Source of the DNA: Escherichia coli
GTDB lineage: Bacteria; Pseudomonadota; Gammaproteobacteria; Enterobacterales; Enterobacteriaceae
Direction: 5' to 3' (one strand)
Length of the DNA stretch: 64,000 nt
NCBI RefSeq assembly: GCF_003991155.1
Contig: NZ_CP031293.1
Shown one piece after another: positions 14,471 through 22,260 of the stretch (position 1 is the first letter of the stretch; each line of letters starts with the position of its first letter). A model generated the notes under the pieces. It was given only the letters and a program-made list of their open reading frames with translations. It was not told the origin of the DNA and did no database searches. A program made the translations under genes and the position numbers.

Positions 14471-14510
14471 TTACCTCATCAATCGCTTGTAGTTATATGT
14501 TGTGTTGTGA

Positions 14511-14542
14511 ACATCTATCCATTTAGACGTCCAGATGTAAAG
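14511..14542 (-). promoter_or_regulatory. Candidate MetJ operator (tandem met-boxes) upstream of metF
   Basis: On the metF strand the sequence reads ctttacatctggacgtctaaatggatagatgt, i.e. tandem 8-bp units resembling the AGACGTCT met-box consensus, about 45-75 bp upstream of the metF start. Confidence 0.55.
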
Positions 14543-14848
14543 ATGAAGGAAAAGCCGAGGGGCGTCAACCGAAAAATGACCAATGATGGTGAGGAAAAAT
14601 CAGGGAAGTTGAAAAAAACTCATCTTAATTAGAGGCGATAAAAGATTTCTCTATAGCGCAATCCACCTCGCACGTTTTGACTGATATTCTGACAACACAG
14701 CGACACCTGGGCTTATTCGAAAAACAACGTCCTGCCACCGGATGGTGATGCTAAGGCATCTGATTCGGCCTGCGCCCTCGCGTAGGCCGAATACTGGATC
14801 TGCAAAATCAACGGGTAACAAACAGATGAATCAACTCAATACGTACTT

Positions 14849-16408
14849 TTACTTGATATCTTTCACGCGCATACCGTTGATCTGTTCATCCGTGATGGTG
14901 TTACCCGCTTTGAAGTAATCAACCACGGCGTGATAAACGTAATAACCGCCCGTTGTGTTACGCGCTTTCCCTTCGGTAAAGGCGGTAAAACCATCTCCAC
15001 CATCAGCAAGGAAACTCTGGGTGGCAATAGAATAAACTGTCGCATCTTCAATGGGTTTGCCATTCAGAGTCAGTGTGATTACCCGCTGACCAACCGGTTT
15101 GCTGCTGTCGTACTTCATTTCCAGGCCTTTCGATACCTGTAAAACGCCATTACTTAAACTTGCGCCGTGTTCCATCAAACTGCGTAATTGTTTACCCGTG
15201 AGTTCCATCGTCACCAGTTCGTTGGGGAACGGGAAGGTACTGATGACGCCGCCCATCGTAATCGCCCCTGCGGGGATCTCATTGCGAATGCCGCCAGAGT
15301 TGGTTAACGCCAATTGGGTGTTTTTACCCGCCGCTACCAGTAAAGCATCAGCCGCCAGGTTCCCGAGGGAAGCCGATTCACCATAGGCACGTTTTAATTC
15401 AACCGGCGATTGCGCGACCGTTTGTTGCACCACTTCATCAAGCTTTTTATTCCAGCCGTCGATCACCTGTTTTGTTTGCGGATCGGGCTTCCACTCGTCG
15501 GCGTAAATGGTTTTAAGCTCGAAGTTTTTCACCGTAAAATCATGCGGCTTCTCTTTGTAGTCCAGTACCAGTTTACCGACATCAATCCCACCGCTGTCAG
15601 TGGAGAGGATGAGCGTATTGCCGACTTTAATCGGTTCCGGCGTACCCACATGTGCATGCCCGGTGATCAAAATATCCAGCCCTTTCACCTGACTTGCCGT
15701 CTGAATATCTTTATCCAGTGCGCGGCGCACATCTGTGCCCCCCATACTGGACTGGCGGGCCGGAACACCTTCGTGAATCAGCGCAACGGTCAAATCAACC
15801 TTGCCTTTGAGTTCATCGATATAACGTTGTAGCCATTTAATTTCATCACGCGCCTCAATACCCACTCGCGTTGCCGCAGATACCGTATCATTAAAGGCAA
15901 ATACACCGTGCAAACCAATCACGCCAATTTTCACGCCGTCTTTTTCAATGATGGTATAGGGCTTATCCCAGAATGATTTACTGCTGTTCTGATAAAAAAC
16001 ATTACCCTGCACAATCGGGAATTTTGCCTGACTCAACTGTAATAACGTATTGTCCCAGCCGTGATCAAATTCATGATTACCTATAGTGACCGCATCGAAT
16101 GGCATGGTATTCATAATATCGATAATCGCCTTGCCTTTAGTCAGGCTGCTGATATACGGCCCGGTAAAATAGTCACCCGCATCAAAAAACCAGGTCGCTT
16201 TGTTTTTAGCTTTTTCTTGTTTAACAAGCGTAGTGATATTTGCCCAGCCGCCAATATCTCGTTTACCGTCAGCAATCCACGGCACTTTATAAGGCTCTAC
16301 ATGTGCATGGAGGTCGTTGGTATAAATGATGGTGACATCTTTGGCGCAAGCCCAAAACGGCAGTGTTAATGCGATACCCGCAGCAAGCATTTTAATTTTC
16401 ATAAACAA
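14849..16408 (-). CDS. Secreted 5'-nucleotidase-family metallophosphoesterase, paralog 1
   Basis: 519 aa; N-terminal signal peptide; calcineurin-like phosphoesterase motifs [32 protein letters not shown]; C-terminal 5'-nucleotidase-type motifs (FPFPNEL, GGDGF). Confidence 0.85.
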   Translation of the reverse strand: MFMKIKMLAAGIALTLPFWACAKDVTIIYTNDLHAHVEPYKVPWIADGKRDIGGWANITTLVKQEKAKNKATWFFDAGDYFTGPYISSLTKGKAIIDIMNTMPFDAVTIGNHEFDHGWDNTLLQLSQAKFPIVQGNVFYQNSSKSFWDKPYTIIEKDGVKIGVIGLHGVFAFNDTVSAATRVGIEARDEIKWLQRYIDELKGKVDLTVALIHEGVPARQSSMGGTDVRRALDKDIQTASQVKGLDILITGHAHVGTPEPIKVGNTLILSTDSGGIDVGKLVLDYKEKPHDFTVKNFELKTIYADEWKPDPQTKQVIDGWNKKLDEVVQQTVAQSPVELKRAYGESASLGNLAADALLVAAGKNTQLALTNSGGIRNEIPAGAITMGGVISTFPFPNELVTMELTGKQLRSLMEHGASLSNGVLQVSKGLEMKYDSSKPVGQRVITLTLNGKPIEDATVYSIATQSFLADGGDGFTAFTEGKARNTTGGYYVYHAVVDYFKAGNTITDEQINGMRVKDIK

Positions 16409-16534
16409 TCCCTTCCAGTGAGATAAAGGATTGCTACATTACGTTCTGAAAGGCTTTTTTATGTGAGAATACTCACATCCAGAGGCGATAACTGTAGGAC
16501 AAAATCAACGACCTTATGAAATCGTTGGTGATAT

Positions 16535-17662
16535 ATGTCAAATCTGTTTGCGATTAATGTCTGTAAAACGTTCGGTTGTCGAAATTTGGGATTGGCCTCA
16601 TCGGAAGATTACAGTTGGCCAGACTATAAACTGGGTTTTCCGGCACTGCACTGCCAGGCATGCGGAAGTTACCCCCCTTTGTTTGATGAACAACAATTTC
16701 GTGACTGGTTGTCAGTTCACATGACTGCGTGTGCCATAGAAACAGGGCATTTTTGTCCATCATGCTATTGTAAAGAAAAGATTTTTTATGGCCACAACCC
16801 GCAGGGAACACAACGCGTTCAATGCCGTTCATGCAAAAAAGTCTGGACTCCGAAACAGCAGCCAGCAAGAGAAATTACGTATCCCCAGTCCATTGAAACC
16901 GTTCAACTGTTCATGCCCTTTCAAGGAGCCAGCGCAGTACAAAAGCTCTATGTTTTAGTCAGTCTTGACGCCACTCGTGGCAACATCCTTCATCTCTCCA
17001 CGAATTATACGCAACATCAGACAGGAGACAGTCTGCGGTACAGTTACAGAGGCAATACAGAACCAACTGAGCACCATAGCGATATTGTGCAGAGGGTAGA
17101 TATGCGTGAAGCGCAATTCTTGCGCCGGAGCCAGTTCGATGAAATTCAGTATGGCAGTGCTGTGCTCAAGCGCAATGGCAAGGGAGCCATACTACGCCCG
17201 GTTATCACGGCACACGGGCATTTCAGAATACTGAAAATCCGCTTTCCACATGTCAAAACGCATATCATTTCACACGAATGTTTTCTGAGAGGCGCAATTA
17301 TTACAGCCTGGGCAGATCAGTTCCGCCAACAACAAGGCGAACTTTGGTTCGTAGAAGAAGAAATCAGCGACCGTAACGCTGATATTCCCTGGCATTTTCA
17401 GGGAACGACATACCATGGTTGGTGGCAAAATCAGTGGCAACGCTGGGGGCAGGGGAATAACAGCAAGATGGTCTGCCTGCTCACAGGAGTCTCCTTAGAA
17501 AGGGGCGCAAATGTTTCTCTGGCAACCAGTCGTTGCTTTATCACATGGCTGACAGACCAACACGACTTTACCCAAAGCGCGTTATTATCCGCAGGTCGCG
17601 TAACGAAAATGCTGACCTCACTGGCGTTAAAATACAATGAATCGCTCACTCCATCTTGTTAG
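16535..17662 (+). CDS. Hypothetical Cys-rich protein (multiple CxxC pairs, possible zinc ribbon); function unknown
   Basis: 375 aa ORF; no signal peptide or TM segment; N-terminal CKTFGC, CQAC, CPSCYC, CRSC motifs; divergent from paralog 1 and upstream of paralogs 2 and 3. Confidence 0.6.
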   Translation: MSNLFAINVCKTFGCRNLGLASSEDYSWPDYKLGFPALHCQACGSYPPLFDEQQFRDWLSVHMTACAIETGHFCPSCYCKEKIFYGHNPQGTQRVQCRSCKKVWTPKQQPAREITYPQSIETVQLFMPFQGASAVQKLYVLVSLDATRGNILHLSTNYTQHQTGDSLRYSYRGNTEPTEHHSDIVQRVDMREAQFLRRSQFDEIQYGSAVLKRNGKGAILRPVITAHGHFRILKIRFPHVKTHIISHECFLRGAIITAWADQFRQQQGELWFVEEEISDRNADIPWHFQGTTYHGWWQNQWQRWGQGNNSKMVCLLTGVSLERGANVSLATSRCFITWLTDQHDFTQSALLSAGRVTKMLTSLALKYNESLTPSC

Positions 17663-17891
17663 TCAATACACTCGACAAACGACCATAAATTAATGGGATC
17701 ACTATTTCTCATTTAATTAAATATATGAATGTATGACTGAAAAATATAATCACAGTCAATGTTTAATTAATAACATTATTTGTTACTAAGATCACATAAT
17801 ACTTTCCTGACCTATGCTTACATAAAAATAAGACACGGTGTTCCTTTTATTTAAATAATTCAACCAATGTAACAACCCCTATCAAGGAGGG

Positions 17892-19445
17892 ATGATGAGA
17901 ACTGTATTTACGACTTTATCAGTCATATTCAGCGTGATGTTTTCTCACAGTATACTAGCTCAGGACGTTACTATTTATTATACGAATGATATTCACGCAC
18001 ATGTCAATCCGGCAAAAATTCCCGCTGTTGATAAGAACAGACTTGTAGGTGGTATGGCTAATATTGCAGGCATCGTTAATGAAGCGAAGAAAAAAAACAA
18101 AGATGTCTTTTTCTTTGATGCAGGCGACTATTTTACCGGTCCGTATATCAGTACCCTGACCAAAGGTGAAGCTATTATTGATATCATGAACACCATGCCC
18201 TTTGATGCGGTGTCCGTTGGTAATCACGAGTTCGATCACGGCGTGCCCAATATGGTATCTCAGTTATCAAAAGCAAAATTCCCCATTCTGCTGGGAAATA
18301 TTTACTACACCGATACAAATAAACCAGTTTGGGATCATCCGTGGACCATTATCGAAAAAGATGGTTTAAAGATTGGTGTGATTGGATTGCATGGTGCATT
18401 CGCTTTCTATGATACAGTCGCGGCAAAAGCACGTGAAGGCGTAGAAGCCAGAGACGAAATTAAATATTTAAATAAAGCACTTGCAGAATTAAAAGGTAAA
18501 GTCGACATTACCGTTTTGCTAATTCACGAAGGTGTTCCGGCGCGTCAATCAAGCTTTGGTAGTAAAGATGTGGAGCGGCTACTACAGGCAGATATTGAGA
18601 CAGCTAAAAAAGTGAATGGTGTTGATGTCTTAATTACCGGTCACGCACATGTCGGAACACCGCAACCAATAAAAGTTAATAACACATTAATTGTATCTAC
18701 CGATGCATACGGCACCGACATCGGAAAACTTGTGCTTGATTACAATCCGAAAACAAAGAAAATTGATAGTTATAATGGTGAGTTAATCACCATCTTTGCA
18801 GATCAATTTAAACCTGACACCATCGTTCAAAATACTATCGATAAATGGAGCGTAAAACTTAACAAAATAACACAGGAAGTTGTCGGCCATTCTCCCGTAG
18901 TTTTAACACGTGAGTATGGCAGTTCTTCTTCTACCGGTAATCTTATTCTGGATGCAATGATGGAAAAAACACCTGATGCCATTGCCGGATTTCAAAATAG
19001 CGGTGGGATGCGAGCTGATTTTCCTAAAGGTGATATCACACTGGGAGATGTTATTAGCACATTCCCCTTTAATAATGACCTCATCGAGATGGATTTGACG
19101 GGCCGCGATCTCAAATCGTTGATGACGCATGCAACCAATCTAACTAACGGTGTGTTACAGGTTTCAAAAAGCGTTGCGGTTGTCTATGACAGCAAAAAAC
19201 CACTCAACCAACGGTTAATCTCTTTCACCATTAACGGCAAACCCGTGGAAGATAATCAAACATATCGTATTGCCACGCACTCCTTTTGTGCCAGTGGTGG
19301 TGACGGTTTTGAAGCATTTTTGAATGGAAAAAATGTGAAGACGATACCGGGAACAACCTCGGCGGAATCTATCATCGATTATTTCAAAAATCATAAACCT
19401 GTCACCCCAGACTTAACTAAACGAGTCATGGACGTCGCCAAATAA
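17892..19445 (+). CDS. Secreted 5'-nucleotidase-family metallophosphoesterase, paralog 2
   Basis: 517 aa; signal peptide ending SILA-QD; same phosphoesterase motif set ([32 protein letters not shown]); SD aggagg upstream; the true start may be the second ATG at 17895. Confidence 0.85.
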   Translation: MMRTVFTTLSVIFSVMFSHSILAQDVTIYYTNDIHAHVNPAKIPAVDKNRLVGGMANIAGIVNEAKKKNKDVFFFDAGDYFTGPYISTLTKGEAIIDIMNTMPFDAVSVGNHEFDHGVPNMVSQLSKAKFPILLGNIYYTDTNKPVWDHPWTIIEKDGLKIGVIGLHGAFAFYDTVAAKAREGVEARDEIKYLNKALAELKGKVDITVLLIHEGVPARQSSFGSKDVERLLQADIETAKKVNGVDVLITGHAHVGTPQPIKVNNTLIVSTDAYGTDIGKLVLDYNPKTKKIDSYNGELITIFADQFKPDTIVQNTIDKWSVKLNKITQEVVGHSPVVLTREYGSSSSTGNLILDAMMEKTPDAIAGFQNSGGMRADFPKGDITLGDVISTFPFNNDLIEMDLTGRDLKSLMTHATNLTNGVLQVSKSVAVVYDSKKPLNQRLISFTINGKPVEDNQTYRIATHSFCASGGDGFEAFLNGKNVKTIPGTTSAESIIDYFKNHKPVTPDLTKRVMDVAK

Positions 19446-19485
19446 AATATCATTTATCAGTCTATATATTTAACAAGGAATGCGA

Positions 19486-21105
19486 ATGAAAACAGTGCAG
19501 CGTACTTTACTTGCCGCAACATTGCTGACTATTTTTTCGGTCTCAGTCATGGCGCAGGATGTCACGATTATTTATACAAATGATCTTCACGCTCATGTGG
19601 ATTCTTATAAAGTGCCGTATATCGCAGACGGAAAACGCGACATTGGCGGCTTTGCCAATATATCTACTTTAGTAAAACAAGAGAAAGCGAAAAATAAAGC
19701 CACCTTTTATTTTGATGCTGGAGACTATTTCACCGGCCCTTATATCAGCAGTCTGACAAAGGGCGAAGCAATAATTGACATTATGAATACCATGCCTTTT
19801 GACGCAGTATCAATCGGTAATCATGAGTTTGACCATGGCTGGGATAATGCCCTGCGACAATTAAGCAAAGCGAATTTTCCTGTTTTATTGGGCAATGTTT
19901 ATCATAAAGAGAGTGAGAACCCCTTCTGGAACAAGCCCTACACCATCCTGGAAAAAGATGGCATCAAGATTGGTATTATTGGGCTACACGGCGTATTTGC
20001 ATTTAATGATACGGTCTCGGAGCTCTCTCTCCAGGGACTCGATAATGACAATAATAACCGCTTTGATAAATCTTCCGAGACCCTTAAGAATCAGGGGATT
20101 GAAGCACGTGATGAAGTGAAGTATTTGCAGCATTATATCGACGAGTTACGTGATAAGGTTGACCTCACTGTGGCGCTGGTTCATGAAGGCGTTCCGGCGC
20201 GTCAGTCCAGCATTGGCAATACAGATGTTAGACGCGCTCTTGATAAAGATATTCAAACCGCTAGCAAGGTGAAAGGATTGGATATTCTGATTACCGGGCA
20301 TGCCCACGTCGGAACGCCAGAACCAATCAAAGTCGGCAACACCTTAATCCTTTCGACTGATAGTGGCGGTATCGATATTGGTAAATTAGTCCTTGATGTC
20401 AACCCTACAGCTCGTACCCATAAAATGAAGAGCTTTGAGCTGAAAACAGTTTATGCCGATGAATGGATACCCGATCCAACGACACAAAAAGTTATCAATG
20501 GCTGGAATAAAAAACTGGCGGATATTGTACGCCAACCAGTAGGTGAATCATCGATTGCATTAACTCGCGCCTATGGTGAGTCATCGCAACTAGGCAACCT
20601 GTTTACCGATGCAATGCTTGTCGCTGCTCCGACTGCACAGATTGCATTGATAAACTCCGGCAGCTTACGTGCGGATATAAATGCAGGCACGATTACCTTT
20701 GGCGACATTACCAGTACATTCCCCTTCAAGAATGAACTTACTGAAATGGATCTCAGCGGTAAGGATCTGCGTAACCTACTGGAACACGGGGCATCGCTTA
20801 CCAATGGCATCCTGCAAATGTCAAAAGGCGCAGAAATGCGCTATACCCCGCAGAAACCAGTAGGTCAGCGCATAGTATCTTTTAAAATTAATGGTGAAGA
20901 GATCGTTGATACGAATATTTACCATGTTGCAACAACGACTTTCCTTGCACTGGGGGGCGATGGTTTTCTGGCATTCAAAGAAGGGAAAAATGTTCAGGTC
21001 CGCGCCGGAAATAACATGTCCGATGTCGTGATCGATTATTTGAAGAAAGGCCACAAGATTACGCCTGCACAGGTAAATGAAATGCGGGTGGACGTTAGCA
21101 AATAA
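19486..21105 (+). CDS. Secreted 5'-nucleotidase-family metallophosphoesterase, paralog 3 (closest to paralog 1, with an extra low-complexity insert)
   Basis: About 539 aa from MKTVQRTLLAATLL (the ORF track starts two codons earlier at 19480); signal peptide VMA-QD; motifs as in paralog 1; insert SELSLQGLDNDNNNRFDKSSETLKNQ absent from paralogs 1 and 2. Confidence 0.85.
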   Translation: MKTVQRTLLAATLLTIFSVSVMAQDVTIIYTNDLHAHVDSYKVPYIADGKRDIGGFANISTLVKQEKAKNKATFYFDAGDYFTGPYISSLTKGEAIIDIMNTMPFDAVSIGNHEFDHGWDNALRQLSKANFPVLLGNVYHKESENPFWNKPYTILEKDGIKIGIIGLHGVFAFNDTVSELSLQGLDNDNNNRFDKSSETLKNQGIEARDEVKYLQHYIDELRDKVDLTVALVHEGVPARQSSIGNTDVRRALDKDIQTASKVKGLDILITGHAHVGTPEPIKVGNTLILSTDSGGIDIGKLVLDVNPTARTHKMKSFELKTVYADEWIPDPTTQKVINGWNKKLADIVRQPVGESSIALTRAYGESSQLGNLFTDAMLVAAPTAQIALINSGSLRADINAGTITFGDITSTFPFKNELTEMDLSGKDLRNLLEHGASLTNGILQMSKGAEMRYTPQKPVGQRIVSFKINGEEIVDTNIYHVATTTFLALGGDGFLAFKEGKNVQVRAGNNMSDVVIDYLKKGHKITPAQVNEMRVDVSK

Positions 21106-21117
21106 TAAAAAAATTAT

Positions 21118-21150
21118 AATGCCATTCATTCACTGAATGGCATTATTTTT
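21118..21150 (+). terminator. Intrinsic terminator after nucleotidase paralog 3
   Basis: Perfect palindrome aatgccattcattcactgaatggcatt followed by attttt. Confidence 0.65.
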
Positions 21151-21183
21151 CTCTAAATCAACAATAGATAATGAGATATATTT

Positions 21184-22044
21184 ATGTGTATAAAAAAGCA
21201 CGGGATAGCGTTATCGATTCTATTAATACCTTGCATTGGAAACGCTCAGGAAATTAAAAGTGAGGAAGGCTGGTTACATCAAAGCTTGAATGTCATTGGT
21301 CGCACAGACTCTCGCTTTGGCCCAAGGCTGACTAACGACCTCTACCCTGAATATACTGTAGCAGGAAGAAAAGACTGGTTTGATTTTTATGGTTATGTTG
21401 ATCTACCAAAATTCTTTGGCGTCGGCAGTCACTATGATGTTGGGATCTGGGATGAGGGCTCACCCCTATTTACGGAAATAGAACCTCGGTTTTCCATTGA
21501 CAAATTGACCGGATTAAATCTTGCGTTCGGCCCTTTTAAAGAATGGTTCATTGCAAACAACTATGTCTATGATATGGGTGACAACCAGTCATCCCGGCAA
21601 AGTACATGGTATATGGGGCTTGGTACAGATATCGACACGGGTCTACCAATTAAGCTTTCTGCCAATATATACGCCAAGTATCAGTGGCAAAACTATGGTG
21701 CCGCTAATGAAAATGAATGGGACGGATATCGATTCAAAATAAAATATAGCATTCCTCTTACCCATTTATTCGGAGGGCGATTGGTATACAATAGTTTTAC
21801 TAACTTTGATTTTGGCTCCGATCTTGCGGACAAATCACACAATAATAAACGAACCAGTAATGCTATTGCTTCAAGCCATATCCTTTCCCTGCTATATGAA
21901 CACTGGAAATTTGCATTTACACTACGTTATTTTCACAACGGTGGACAATGGAATGCTGGGGAGAAAGTTAACTTCGGAGATGGTCCATTTGAATTAAAAA
22001 ACACAGGATGGGGAACCTATACTACTATTGGTTATCAATTTTAA
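21184..22044 (+). CDS. Tsx-family outer-membrane nucleoside-specific channel protein (paralog of tsx)
   Basis: 286 aa; signal peptide; shares recalled Tsx blocks [79 protein letters not shown]; ends in a C-terminal aromatic residue (GYQF) typical of beta-barrels. Confidence 0.85.
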   Translation: MCIKKHGIALSILLIPCIGNAQEIKSEEGWLHQSLNVIGRTDSRFGPRLTNDLYPEYTVAGRKDWFDFYGYVDLPKFFGVGSHYDVGIWDEGSPLFTEIEPRFSIDKLTGLNLAFGPFKEWFIANNYVYDMGDNQSSRQSTWYMGLGTDIDTGLPIKLSANIYAKYQWQNYGAANENEWDGYRFKIKYSIPLTHLFGGRLVYNSFTNFDFGSDLADKSHNNKRTSNAIASSHILSLLYEHWKFAFTLRYFHNGGQWNAGEKVNFGDGPFELKNTGWGTYTTIGYQF

Positions 22045-22221
22045 ATCAGGTGATGTTTTAGATATTTTTACTTAATGCCATTTTGTAATTGTCATAAATA
22101 ACTTCACCATTCACACTGTGAATTCATCGCTCAACACAAAAGCCCCCTTATTACCGGGGCACTGACCAAAGGCAAAATGACAATCAATCACCACCTCCGC
22201 AGGAGGTGGTTTAGAGGTGAC

Positions 22222-22250
22222 AACAAAAGCTGGCAACTGCCAGCTTTTGT
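22222..22250 (-). terminator. metL terminator hairpin (aaaagctggc-aact-gccagctttt)
   Basis: Perfect 10 bp inverted repeat flanked by A/T runs, about 12 bp downstream of the metL stop. Confidence 0.7.
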
Positions 22251-22260
22251 TCAATAATCA

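Noticed and set aside
14600-22250. Classical integrase-mediated genomic island or prophage remnant
   Set aside because: No integrase, tRNA gene, phage structural gene or flanking direct repeat was found; the region is better described as a strain-variable metabolic gene cluster of unclear origin.
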